Shown here: positions 38,066-48,193 of the stretch, one piece after another
Numbering within the stretch: the stretch's first letter is position 1
How the letters are laid out: each line of letters opens with the position of its first letter
From: Thermoplasmata archaeon
GTDB taxonomy: Archaea > Thermoplasmatota > Poseidoniia > Poseidoniales > Thalassarchaeaceae
Length of the DNA: 64,000 nt
Direction of reading: 5' to 3'
Assembly (NCBI GenBank): GCA_002727675.1
Contig: PBXQ01000073.1
Location: 31,272-95,271 of the forward strand
The notes under the pieces: model-generated
The model's input: only the letters and a program-made list of their open reading frames with translations
Told to the model about the DNA's origin: nothing
Database searches by the model: none
Program-made: the position numbers and the translations under genes

Positions 38066-40276
38066 TCATTCTTCTTCAGATAAAACTGCTTTTGTAGGTA
38101 CGGCAGCTACTGGCTTACCTCCGACTAGACCTGATAAAATCATGTCAAATCCCCTCGCGCTTCCTTCAATATCAACTCGTAGAAAGCGACTTGTCTTTGC
38201 CTTTAAATCACCTAGGAAGACCTCGTCTCCATCAAACAATGTTTCAGGGGTTACAGTTGAAACATTCCATTCACTACCCTCTATTGCTTGGAATCTAATG
38301 GCTGCCAAAGTCCATTCTTCATCAGTAAGTGTAACTCCAATAGTCATAGAACGAATTTTATCATTCGATTTTAATTCCCATGCCACTAAATCTAGAGTTT
38401 GGGTAGTATGGCGAATCAATGGTTCACCCCATTCAGATTGTAGATAATTCCAATCGGTGTCTGCTAATGATTCCAATGCATGTAATAGTGCATGAGGATC
38501 TTTACTATCTTCGGGGTTTGCTAGGGTTAACCTTTCCTTAAGGCGCACCAATCTTTTCTTTTCATGCTCTTCAAGTTCAAATTCATTATTTCCTTTTAAT
38601 TGCCAATAAGCAATTAATAACCAAGGAGAAAGAAGTAATATGGCAACGATTATGTAAAAACTAGGCATATCTTTGGAATAATCTATCCACTCTCCTTCAT
38701 CAGTTGGTTCAGATCCTTCTGGAGTTATCCATGACCAATGAATTGAGTATTCAACTTGCTTTTCACTATTTGATTCAACAATCATTAGATGGGTTCCGTG
38801 AGGCAATTCTAATCCTACGTTTGCTTGTTGGCCTTGCATTTCAGTCAAGTTCCATGAAACAGTATACCAATTATCATATGCGGTAGAATTTAGTTCAACT
38901 AATTTAATTGTACAAGATCCAGGGTCTGCTTCAATAGTTGCGGAGAACCAATTCCTGTAAGGAAAACCTTCTTCTCTAGATATTAGGTATACGTCTCTAA
39001 TATCTAATCCCCCAATTGAACCAGTAGTTTCTCCCATTTCAGATTGAAAAATCGTCAATTCTAATGTGTCTGCTAATCCAGTGGGTAGGTGATCTGATGC
39101 ATCTCCATGATTTCCTCCATCAAATGGCCCATGATTGGTTATCGTGAGGACCCATATAATTGGTGTGTCGCTAGTAATGGTTATGGCGGCAGCATCTGCA
39201 TCAGAGGGTATGATGAAATCAAAATTTCCACTCTGATTGGAATTATTTTGAATGGTTGTCCAAGAGCCATCTCTTGCTTTGAAAGCAATTTCTGCGGGTG
39301 AACTAAACCACCAATCAACATTGATATGGCTCCTTGGACCAGCATCTAAACGAATTGAGTCAATATCACCATTGGTGATGTGTCCTGACACTGTTATGTC
39401 TGAAAAACTGGGTGAAACCCATGGGTTATGAGGTGTATCGCCAAAAGAAGTTTCTAATGATGCTGAATGTGCTGCGAATCTCAATGAATAAAGGGAAAAA
39501 TCAATGCCATATGAACTAATTAGAACCCATATTTCCCCACCTGAATTTTCCACAATTATTCTCGGAATATCAATTCCCATTGTAAATTGATGTTCTGAAA
39601 TAAGGTTCAAATCATTTTCACTTCTACTCCAAATTTCTATTAAGATATCAGATGAATGTGCTATAATTCCAATTTCTATCAAGTCATTCATACTAGAGTT
39701 TATTGACAATGCATCTGCATCTTCTGGTCCATCTAAAGTTCCATTCCACCAGGAGGCATTTTCATCAATGAATGTTCTATTGATTAATCCACATTCTGTA
39801 ATTAATTGACATCCACCTGTATCGATTAAGGGCCATTCAGAGGTATTTTCGCCGGGGATAGGAATTTGATTGGGTGAATCAATAAATTCTCCACTATTCG
39901 TGTCAAAGAATATATGTTTGATGACTATTTCTTGATTAGTCCCTCCAAATCTAGAAATTACGATGTCAATATTACCTGCACTAAGGTTTCCAGTTAATTC
40001 AAAATTAAATCTCCCTGAGGCATTTAATGAGTTATTTGTTGAATCAGTTACAGTCAATTCTAATTGTTCACATTGGGTTTGTGAAGGGCATATTATTGAT
40101 ATCCAAAATGAACCTTGGCGAACATTAAGTTGCTTGTTCCAAATGTTGTCGCCTTCGGTTAACTGGATGGTTTCAGTATCTGGGGGGTTTGATTCCAATT
40201 CAACTTGATTTGACATGGGTAAAACTGCAATTAACATCAATAAGGCGATGATGAGAGGTATTGAAGGTCTGCCCAC
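38066..40276 (-). CDS. Secreted single-pass membrane protein with about 3 PPC-like beta domains and a cytoplasmic C-terminal domain
   Basis: Signal peptide; repeats GTLDGPEDADAL, GHITNGDIDSI, GSIGGLDIRDVY; TM FYIIVAILLLSPWLLIAYW; about 175 aa tail. Confidence 0.65.
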   Translation of the reverse strand: MGRPSIPLIIALLMLIAVLPMSNQVELESNPPDTETIQLTEGDNIWNKQLNVRQGSFWISIICPSQTQCEQLELTVTDSTNNSLNASGRFNFELTGNLSAGNIDIVISRFGGTNQEIVIKHIFFDTNSGEFIDSPNQIPIPGENTSEWPLIDTGGCQLITECGLINRTFIDENASWWNGTLDGPEDADALSINSSMNDLIEIGIIAHSSDILIEIWSRSENDLNLISEHQFTMGIDIPRIIVENSGGEIWVLISSYGIDFSLYSLRFAAHSASLETSFGDTPHNPWVSPSFSDITVSGHITNGDIDSIRLDAGPRSHINVDWWFSSPAEIAFKARDGSWTTIQNNSNQSGNFDFIIPSDADAAAITITSDTPIIWVLTITNHGPFDGGNHGDASDHLPTGLADTLELTIFQSEMGETTGSIGGLDIRDVYLISREEGFPYRNWFSATIEADPGSCTIKLVELNSTAYDNWYTVSWNLTEMQGQQANVGLELPHGTHLMIVESNSEKQVEYSIHWSWITPEGSEPTDEGEWIDYSKDMPSFYIIVAILLLSPWLLIAYWQLKGNNEFELEEHEKKRLVRLKERLTLANPEDSKDPHALLHALESLADTDWNYLQSEWGEPLIRHTTQTLDLVAWELKSNDKIRSMTIGVTLTDEEWTLAAIRFQAIEGSEWNVSTVTPETLFDGDEVFLGDLKAKTSRFLRVDIEGSARGFDMILSGLVGGKPVAAVPTKAVLSEEE

Positions 40277-40328
40277 AACCTAAGCGCGTAACTTTTGACA
40301 TTTAGAATCATTCAATTACAGCGCATAG

Positions 40329-42209
40329 GTGGCACCCATTGTGACTGATTCAACTTTGGGCCGAACAGTGGTTGGAAGGCTACGTCATGCAAGGGTAATT
40401 GCATTGGGTGATCGTAAGTCCCCATTATCCCTTACTCCTTCATTAATTGGAACTAAGAATGATCTTGATTATACTGATATAAGTACTAGTTTAATGCCAT
40501 TTTATGTAGATTATGACAGTTCATCTTTACCCCCTTCAATGTCATTAATTGGTAGGGGTGCAATTTCCATGCCATTCGATAACGATTCCCCTACATGGCA
40601 TTCTCAGATGGGTCATACATTGCCACCCTCACTAGACGATGCTGATAATGGCGTTTCTAGAAGTCATGACGGTGGCCTACTTGCAATTTCATGGCAGAGT
40701 ATGATGCATGATTCTAGTTTGTCAAAATTAGAAGAGCAACCTGAAATCATTGCCCTAATTGATGCAGTTCAATTAGCAAATCACCCTGGTAGGTTAGTTA
40801 CTGCACTTGTAGCTTTAAGGACAAAATTCCCTCAATCTTTACTTTGGTGTCCTGGAATAGGTGGGCCTGATAACGTTGCATTATTGACTTGGTTTGGAGT
40901 TGATTTATACGATTTAACACGTTCACGCCAAGCTGAATCTATGGGATGTATATTGACGGCTGATGGTCCATATTCTAATGCTGATGAATTAGGTTTCAAA
41001 TCTGATATTAATGTTCAATTATCAGAATGGGAAAGAGAAATTTCAGTTGTAAAAAGAGCGATTAAGAACGGTTCATTACGTTCATTAGTTGAAAAGAGAT
41101 CACTTAATTCTCCTCGGTTGGTAGAACATTTAAGAAACCATGATCGTCTAATGAGGGCTACTTTATCTGATGAAATTTCCTCTAAAGAAAATATGACTAA
41201 TGAAGCTCTCGCAGTATGTAAAATTGCAAACGGCACCCCATTAAGGCGTTATGTCAAAGAGGGGTCTAAGTTGAGGTGTAATAGTCCTTTGAGTAGTCAA
41301 GACCCGTTGATTGCGGATTGGATTAATAGAATTGGTACTAATTATAAATCGCCTGATGAAATGTCTAAAGTAATGGTTTTATTGCCTTGCAGCGCTAGAA
41401 AACCCTATTCTTCATCCCAATCTCATCGTCGTTTCCGAGGTAGTTTACGTCACCGTCCATTGCATGAAATTATAGTAACCGCCCCTCTTGGTTTGGTACC
41501 TCGTGAGTTGGAAGAGTTATGGCCAGCGGGGCATTATGATATTCCTGTGACTGGTGATTGGGATTTGGTGGAATTGAATACTATACGGGAATTGGTTAAA
41601 TCAGTGGCAAATAATAATGGGTATGAACTGATTATCAACCATAGTGGTATACCAATAGATGAATCTGAAATAGGTGCTGAAATAATCGATACCCGTTGCG
41701 GTGAAGGTGCTTTGTCTCCTAGCTCTTTGGAGAGGCTTAAGAATGCTTCAGAAGATGCTGCTAAACGTTTCCACCCAGGATATGTAATGAATGAAAAACA
41801 GCATCTGTTAATTAAGATGAAATCAATTTCAAGGTGGTTGCATAATAATGATAATTGGTTGTCAAATGCTAATATTGGTGGTAAGCCACCTAGGTGGAAA
41901 ATATTGCAAGGTAAAGAGCAACTTGCTATGTGGCACCCAAAAGATGGGCGTTTCGCTTTTGCTAAAGGCACTCTTGATTTACTTGCAAAAGAGTCTACTC
42001 TATGTGAAGTACACCTAATTGATGGCCCAAAACTGGAGGGGGATATTTTCTCACCCATGATTAAACAAGTTTTAGGTGACATAAGAATTGGGGATGAAAT
42101 TTTATTATTTAGGTCGGGTGAATTAATAGGTAGTGCACGGAGTTTAGCCTCCAAATGGGAGTATTTTGGTAGTCCTGGAATGGTTGCAAAGACAAAACAT
42201 AGGCTTTGA
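40329..42209 (+). CDS. arcS: Archaeosine synthase ArcS (TgtA2)
   Basis: Degenerate TGT-like N-terminus (WFGVDLYD, GSLRSLVE), LLPCSARKPYSSSQSH, TAPLGLVPRELE, YDIPVTGDW, C-terminal PUA domain. Confidence 0.88.
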   Translation: MAPIVTDSTLGRTVVGRLRHARVIALGDRKSPLSLTPSLIGTKNDLDYTDISTSLMPFYVDYDSSSLPPSMSLIGRGAISMPFDNDSPTWHSQMGHTLPPSLDDADNGVSRSHDGGLLAISWQSMMHDSSLSKLEEQPEIIALIDAVQLANHPGRLVTALVALRTKFPQSLLWCPGIGGPDNVALLTWFGVDLYDLTRSRQAESMGCILTADGPYSNADELGFKSDINVQLSEWEREISVVKRAIKNGSLRSLVEKRSLNSPRLVEHLRNHDRLMRATLSDEISSKENMTNEALAVCKIANGTPLRRYVKEGSKLRCNSPLSSQDPLIADWINRIGTNYKSPDEMSKVMVLLPCSARKPYSSSQSHRRFRGSLRHRPLHEIIVTAPLGLVPRELEELWPAGHYDIPVTGDWDLVELNTIRELVKSVANNNGYELIINHSGIPIDESEIGAEIIDTRCGEGALSPSSLERLKNASEDAAKRFHPGYVMNEKQHLLIKMKSISRWLHNNDNWLSNANIGGKPPRWKILQGKEQLAMWHPKDGRFAFAKGTLDLLAKESTLCEVHLIDGPKLEGDIFSPMIKQVLGDIRIGDEILLFRSGELIGSARSLASKWEYFGSPGMVAKTKHRL

Positions 42210-42277
42210 ACACTTTTCCCTTGGGGCGGAGCGGTTATGAATGGGGAGTGGGTCGGCGGCTCGCTTAAGGTGTTCTG

Positions 42278-42733
42278 ATGTCACGTATGCACAGCGGAGG
42301 AAAAGGTCGTTCAGGGTCTACTCGTCCTAATGTTAGTGAGGTTCCTGAGTGGTCGGAACAGGACAAATCAATTGTAGAGAATTTAATTTTAGAACTACAC
42401 GAGGCAGGTAATTCTAATGCAATGATTGGTACGATATTAAGAGATCAACATGCTGTTCCTAGTGTCAAGTTGCTATTAGGTAAATCCGTTAGTTCGGTTC
42501 TCTCAGAAAATGGTAAAAACCGTGAGATTCCAGAAGAATTGATGAATATGATGAGAAAGGCGTTAGGTCTTATAGATCACTTGGATAACAATCGTAAGGA
42601 TTTGCACAATAATAGACAATTGAATCTTATTGAATCAAAAATCCGTCGCTCAGCTCGCTACTACAAGTCTAAGGGCATGCTTTCAGATTCATGGGATTAC
42701 AAGAGAGATCAACTACGTTTAATGGTTGAATAA
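42278..42733 (+). CDS. rps15: 30S ribosomal protein S15 (uS15, archaeal)
   Basis: MSRMHSGGKGRSGS, IGTILRDQH, IPEEL, KDLHN, LIESKIRR..YYK. Confidence 0.97.
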   Translation: MSRMHSGGKGRSGSTRPNVSEVPEWSEQDKSIVENLILELHEAGNSNAMIGTILRDQHAVPSVKLLLGKSVSSVLSENGKNREIPEELMNMMRKALGLIDHLDNNRKDLHNNRQLNLIESKIRRSARYYKSKGMLSDSWDYKRDQLRLMVE

Positions 42734-42800
42734 TATTTTCTCTAAGACTTTTGCCATTCTAAGGGGTGGCTCTTTGAACTCCACCCATCCTGCTTAGTTT

Positions 42801-43640
42801 ATGCGGACATTATTGGAGTTGGAGGCATTTGCTCCTATTGCTGACAATTTAAGGTCTGTAAATAATCAGTTATCTAATTCAGAGACTATTACTATTCTTA
42901 TTCCCCCCACTCCAACTGGTGCTGTGGCTTCAGCATTTCTAGAAGCAGCAATGTTGGATACAAATATTCCTTACCGTAGAAGAATTTCTCCACGTGAGAT
43001 TTCTCATCCATCGATAGTAATTTCTGATGGTATTACAACAGATTCACCGAAGGAATTTTCATCTGATCCCATTAAACTCAATCTTTCCCCCTTCTTTACG
43101 ATTGGTCTTCGTGATATTGAAGGGAATCCTAGTCGTTCAATTCTCTCTCCCGTTGCTCAGGCTGCTGCTTTGGCTGAATTAATTGCTCCAGATGGCCTTA
43201 GGACTAGAAAATTAAGGCCTTGGGTTCTTGCTGGTAATTGGTGGGGTGAAACACTCAATCAGGGCCAAGATTCTGTATACCATTCTCTTCGTAATCATCT
43301 ACGTGAAGAAGGAACAATCCGGGTAGTAACAATTCTAGAAGTAGATACTGATGCAATTAATGAATTGAAAAACATTGATTCTGAAAGATTTGCTAGTACT
43401 AGAGAAGTTTGGTCTTCATTAGATGCTGATGGGAAAGCAAAGGCAATTAGTACTCTAGTGCTACCTGAATTAATTTCAGATAAAATGCCCATGCCTAGAA
43501 TTGAAGAATTGGTTTGGCATCGTATAATTGTTAAGGGTTCTGAAGAAGATTTTCATTCATCAATGTCAAAAATAAAAGGTAAATGGGATGGTTCTCCCGA
43601 TTCAACTTCAGAATTAATTGAAAAATTAATTACAAATTGA
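42801..43640 (+). CDS. Hypothetical protein, possibly a degenerate RecJ/DHH-family homolog
   Basis: Lies directly after rps15, a common position for archaeal DHH genes. ITILIPPTPTGAVASAFLEAAM resembles DHH motif I without its Asp residues; no DHH triad. Confidence 0.5.
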   Translation: MRTLLELEAFAPIADNLRSVNNQLSNSETITILIPPTPTGAVASAFLEAAMLDTNIPYRRRISPREISHPSIVISDGITTDSPKEFSSDPIKLNLSPFFTIGLRDIEGNPSRSILSPVAQAAALAELIAPDGLRTRKLRPWVLAGNWWGETLNQGQDSVYHSLRNHLREEGTIRVVTILEVDTDAINELKNIDSERFASTREVWSSLDADGKAKAISTLVLPELISDKMPMPRIEELVWHRIIVKGSEEDFHSSMSKIKGKWDGSPDSTSELIEKLITN

Positions 43641-43645
43641 AAATC

Positions 43646-45730
43646 TTATTCACTAATTTTCAGACGTGTATTACATACTTTGCATAATATTTTCACAGGT
43701 CTTTCTTTAGTTAAAACTTGAATTGATTCTAAACATTTAGGGCATTCAATTACAGGTGTTCTTTTAGTTCTTTTTAAGCTAATTAGGGGCATAATTGAAA
43801 CATAAGCAGCTTCATCATGAAGACTATCTTCTAAACTTATTTTTGGTGTTATTACTGCTACAGATAGCATCATAAAGCCTGTAATTATCAATGCTCCAAT
43901 CATTATGAATAATGGTAATGCGAAGAAGTATGAATAGCCCCAAACGCCTGTAAATAGAATAGATGTCAGCCAAAAACCTGTTCTGGTTTTATTTTTAGTT
44001 AACTTCAAAGAAACTAATGAAAATAGTATCACAATTGCTAATGATTCAATGAGAGATATTAATGGTGAGTGGGTTATATCTCCAATTACGTATGCGACAG
44101 AGAAATCAGACATTTCTTCTTCTCCATTTAATGTGGTGCTACTAACCCTTAGGGATTCAGTGGCTAGTAACCTATTATGCTGGTAGTTAATACCACTACC
44201 ATCAACAACTGATGTCCCCACCATTATTGATGTCAATAGTTTTGCATCGATAGTTAATTCAGTCCAAATAGGAGTTGTTGATGCCTGAGGCCTTATGAAA
44301 TTGTCGAATAATACCCTTTTTTCTCCAATCTTGATATTTTCTAGTGATTCAATAGTAATGGTAATTGCAGAGTCAGTGAATCCAAATTCATCTTTTAAAT
44401 CAATTTCAACACTAGGGGCTGCTGCTGCTTCAATAGGCTCCACACCTAGCAATCTAGCAGGTTCTAACATCAAACCATCAAACATGAATTTCTTTAGTGC
44501 AGATGCTCTACCTGAAAGATGCGTTTCTAGAGCCTGAATTTCGGTATTATCAACTAAATCATTATTTCTTGAGGATTCAGTAGATGAACTACCCTGGATG
44601 TCTCTCCATTGGGATCTTGAGTCTAATGTTTCATTACCTATATTATCAAGGCCCCACCTCATCCATGTTGCCATAGGCCCTTCAAATTCAATTTGGGTAG
44701 TTCTTCGGATTCGGTCTCCAGATTCAACTCTCGCATCGATTTTTACCGATAATTGACTACCACCACTTCTTAGGGGTTCATTATCAGGAAATATGCTACC
44801 TGAACCACCACCACCTGAACCAAAAACCAATGCATAAGAAAACCCTCCTATGAATGGTTGTATTTGGTCATCTGATACTGAAATGGATAAATTTACCTCG
44901 TAGACGCCATCTTCTGCTGTTTCAGGAGCAACCCAATTAATTATTACTTCAACACCATCATTGTGAACAGTAGGCATAACAGTGTTAACAACTACTCCAT
45001 CGATTTTGATTTCAGATTCAGCTCTTTTATCCCAAATCGCAGTCCCCTCTCCTGACTTGAGAATTACAGGTATTTGGACAGCCCTGCCTTCAACAATAGC
45101 AGGCTGCCAATCCATATTTACCAATGGAATTGTTGCATCTAGTTTTGAAGCAAATTCTTCAGTACCCCAAATAAACCTAATTCCAGCGTCATCTCCAGGT
45201 GAATTAAGAATGAGTGTTTGTACACTGAGGATTACAACAATTAATTCCCCACTGGAGAGTATTTGGCCTTCTTCATCAATATCTATTGAAACATCAATAG
45301 TACCTAGGCCTGGAGTATATGTGGGGTTGGTATTAGAATAACCAAACCATGATTTGCCTCCAATTTTTACTTCTGCAGATACATTTGCCTGCGCTCCGGC
45401 AGCATTTTCAACTTCATAGTTGACGTTTAGATTCCATGTTGCTTGAGGGTAACTGCCAGTAGTTGTGTGAGGGATGCTCCATCTTGCGACTTCTGTTAGT
45501 TGACTTACGGAGGATGTAATCCAGACATCATTTTCGGTACCTAGGTCAACTGAAAAAGGACTCATGGTTCCTTTGCCAGTTTCTTCTCCCTCACATAGCA
45601 GGTAATAATCAATTCCAACAGCATCACAACATGTGACTTCTCCATCAGCGATACCAACGAATTGGTCATTTGGGATTGACATTAGGAATAGTGAACATAG
45701 AATCAGCACTACACTAAATCGGCTTCGCAT
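43646..45730 (-). CDS. Secreted membrane protein with 3 C-terminal TMs and a terminal zinc ribbon
   Basis: Signal peptide MRSRFSVVLILCSLFL; large acidic domain; 3 TMs; CPKC...CKVC. ATG 45730 follows GGGGAG (ORF open to 45742). Confidence 0.7.
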   Translation of the reverse strand: MRSRFSVVLILCSLFLMSIPNDQFVGIADGEVTCCDAVGIDYYLLCEGEETGKGTMSPFSVDLGTENDVWITSSVSQLTEVARWSIPHTTTGSYPQATWNLNVNYEVENAAGAQANVSAEVKIGGKSWFGYSNTNPTYTPGLGTIDVSIDIDEEGQILSSGELIVVILSVQTLILNSPGDDAGIRFIWGTEEFASKLDATIPLVNMDWQPAIVEGRAVQIPVILKSGEGTAIWDKRAESEIKIDGVVVNTVMPTVHNDGVEVIINWVAPETAEDGVYEVNLSISVSDDQIQPFIGGFSYALVFGSGGGGSGSIFPDNEPLRSGGSQLSVKIDARVESGDRIRRTTQIEFEGPMATWMRWGLDNIGNETLDSRSQWRDIQGSSSTESSRNNDLVDNTEIQALETHLSGRASALKKFMFDGLMLEPARLLGVEPIEAAAAPSVEIDLKDEFGFTDSAITITIESLENIKIGEKRVLFDNFIRPQASTTPIWTELTIDAKLLTSIMVGTSVVDGSGINYQHNRLLATESLRVSSTTLNGEEEMSDFSVAYVIGDITHSPLISLIESLAIVILFSLVSLKLTKNKTRTGFWLTSILFTGVWGYSYFFALPLFIMIGALIITGFMMLSVAVITPKISLEDSLHDEAAYVSIMPLISLKRTKRTPVIECPKCLESIQVLTKERPVKILCKVCNTRLKISE

Positions 45731-45913
45731 TGTGCTCCCCAAATAGCGTGGGCACTCTTTCGCTCTTTCAAGTAGTCGGGTACAAGAGTATCTAACTTGG
45801 CGAATAATTAATGTTTAATGATTAGCCAATATATCTGTAAAATGTAAATCTTTACTGTCCTATTAAGCAACATATTCAAGAACTTGCCCCTTGTGTTCGT
45901 ACCAGTGAATAAT

Positions 45914-46342
45914 ATGGATGATGTGAAGGTTTCCGATTTGATTTTGACAGATGAGCATGATATAGTGGGTATGGATGAATCGATTTCATCCGCTGCAGGT
46001 AAATTGCTAGAATTAGGTAGAGGTATTTTGATTGTGCTTGGTGATGATAATCAGGTAAAAGGAATAGTTACTCCTAATCAAGTATTAGCCGCTGTTTCAG
46101 ACGGTGGTGATTCATCATCTCAAACAGTTGGTGAGCACATGGATGCCGATGTAATGGAAGTACATCAGCACGATAATGTTGATGATATAATTGTTCTAAT
46201 GAATGAACGTAAGCCACATGCTGTTGTTGCTGTGGATGAAGATGGCACTTTTGCTGGTTATTTCTCTCCGAATGATTACCGTGAAGCACTTGCTAGGATA
46301 GAGTCTAGGCCTGCTATCAAGAGACTTGCACAACACGAATAA
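45914..46342 (+). CDS. CBS-domain pair protein
   Basis: VKVSDLI, VKGIVT, TVGEHM, VAVDEDGTFAGYFSPND; probable ATG 45914 (ORF open from 45884). Confidence 0.85.
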   Translation: MDDVKVSDLILTDEHDIVGMDESISSAAGKLLELGRGILIVLGDDNQVKGIVTPNQVLAAVSDGGDSSSQTVGEHMDADVMEVHQHDNVDDIIVLMNERKPHAVVAVDEDGTFAGYFSPNDYREALARIESRPAIKRLAQHE

Positions 46343-46386
46343 TTCTAGCTTGTCCCATGTTTCAAGCGTTATTTTGGCGATTTTAT

Positions 46387-48138
46387 TTAGGCATGTAAAC
46401 GAACTAGACGCCTTGCTCCATTATCTTCAAACCCTTCAAGGATGGCGAAACCCATTCGTTCCAATTGAATAATTGTTCCATTTGGGTAATCATTGATTTC
46501 CAATAAACCTTCAGCCGTCACTAATATTCCTTCCTCTTCAAGGAGCAATACAGCTGGTTGTGCCATATTGCTAGGTAGCCAATGAATAATCGGTGTGTTT
46601 CCTAGTCTTTCGGTACGAATTACTTCACCGAACCATCCATCTCCCGTCTTTTCGTGATTGATTTCAATGTCTGCAAAATCCTTCAAACGTCTTGCTTCAT
46701 GAGAGTTGAAATCATCACTAGCAATATTTACCTTGATGGAACCCTCCTCGAGTGGCCATTCTCGGACGCCTTTGTCAGGGTGTTCTGGATGTATGGGTAA
46801 TGTTACTTTGGTTAATTCAATTTTAGAAATATCCAGATTGATGGAACACGGATTACGAACAAATGACAAACGTGGTGCATCGGCATCTACTGCTTTGGAA
46901 TTCAAACTGTTCAAGGTTGACAATGGAACCGAGATATCTTTCTGAGTCAATCCAAGGTCAATCCAGAACTTACGTATGGCCCCAGCATCATATCCTCTTC
47001 TTCGCATGGCAGGAAGTGTAGGCAATCTTGGATCATTCCATCCTGTGTAATTTCCTTCATTAATGTCAGATTTCATTTGGGATGTGCTGAAACCACCAAA
47101 TTCGTGGATTTTGACTCTGCCCCAGTAAAGAGTTTCAGGGTATTTCCAACCCACCTTGTCATAGAGAATTTGTTGTTTTCTTGTGGAGTCCATCAAATCT
47201 TTACCTCTAATGATATGAGTTACTCTTTGTTCATAATCTTCCACTGCGCTTTGGAAATCTAATAGTGGCCAAACACGATATTTATCTCCTACTTTTGGAT
47301 GAGGTGTTGTTTGAATTCTCAAGGCAGGCCAATCTCTTAATGCTGGGTTTTTATGATTCATCCCTGTTTTTACTCTTACAACAGCTTCTCCTTCATTATA
47401 TCCCTGAATATTGTCATTCATCTGGCGCCATTTGGATAAATTATCTTCAATAGAATTTGAACGGCATGAGCATTCTAATTTTGCAATTCTATATTCTCGG
47501 AATTCATCTGCAGTACAGTTACACACGTACATGTGTCCTTCAGAAATAAATTGATTTGAGTATTCAAGATATACATCCATTCTAGATGATGCTTCTATTA
47601 CTAAATCTGGTTCCTTACCTGTCAACCAAATGAAATCGTCTAAAATCCATCCATATGCTCTTTCATCAGGCCTTTTGATTTTTGTATCAGTATCGTCAAA
47701 TCTCAGGATTGTTTTTCCTGAATACATATTTGCATATTCTGAATTAATAATTACGCCCCTGCTATGTCCTAGTGTTAGAGGGCCATTTGGATTAGGTGCA
47801 AATCTTAATACTACTTCGCCTTCATTTGCGTTTGCTAATTCAGGCAAACCTTCCCGTCTCTCTCTTTCTCTTTTTTCTAATGCGTCGGGGGCTTCATTTT
47901 CTAAAATCCTCCGCACTTCTTCTGCTCCTTTCTCGGCCCATATTTTATTTGCTTCTTCAACTGCTGGCATAATCAGTCCAAAAAGTTGAGATGCATGTTG
48001 GCGTAATTCTACATTTTCTCCTAATACTCTCCCCTGAACAGAACCTGCTTGCCCTTTTCCATCATATTCAAGGGCGTTTTGCAGCGCATACTTCCGAATT
48101 AATTGCGATACCGAATCATCAGGTATCCAATCGCTCAT
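46387..48138 (-). CDS. gltX: Glutamate--tRNA ligase (archaeal, probably non-discriminating)
   Basis: RFAPNPNGPLTLGH, LRFDDTD, THIIRGKD, FSTS (KMSKS equivalent), GWNDPRLPTL, QLERMGF. Confidence 0.97.
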   Translation of the reverse strand: MSDWIPDDSVSQLIRKYALQNALEYDGKGQAGSVQGRVLGENVELRQHASQLFGLIMPAVEEANKIWAEKGAEEVRRILENEAPDALEKRERERREGLPELANANEGEVVLRFAPNPNGPLTLGHSRGVIINSEYANMYSGKTILRFDDTDTKIKRPDERAYGWILDDFIWLTGKEPDLVIEASSRMDVYLEYSNQFISEGHMYVCNCTADEFREYRIAKLECSCRSNSIEDNLSKWRQMNDNIQGYNEGEAVVRVKTGMNHKNPALRDWPALRIQTTPHPKVGDKYRVWPLLDFQSAVEDYEQRVTHIIRGKDLMDSTRKQQILYDKVGWKYPETLYWGRVKIHEFGGFSTSQMKSDINEGNYTGWNDPRLPTLPAMRRRGYDAGAIRKFWIDLGLTQKDISVPLSTLNSLNSKAVDADAPRLSFVRNPCSINLDISKIELTKVTLPIHPEHPDKGVREWPLEEGSIKVNIASDDFNSHEARRLKDFADIEINHEKTGDGWFGEVIRTERLGNTPIIHWLPSNMAQPAVLLLEEEGILVTAEGLLEINDYPNGTIIQLERMGFAILEGFEDNGARRLVRLHA

Positions 48139-48193
48139 GTGTGTCGGTTTAGCGTCAACCTCTTGAGCCTTCGCGACATATTAAGTTAAATTG

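Noticed and set aside
38061-38447. 128-aa ORF overlapping the dnaJ stop
   Set aside because: Lies antisense within the 736-aa gene; Ser-rich shadow composition.
41534-42154. 206-aa minus-strand ORF
   Set aside because: Antisense shadow of arcS.
42210-42277. GC-rich spacer as a possible tRNA or ncRNA gene
   Set aside because: No cloverleaf or T-arm consensus; too short, and it contains the likely rps15 promoter.
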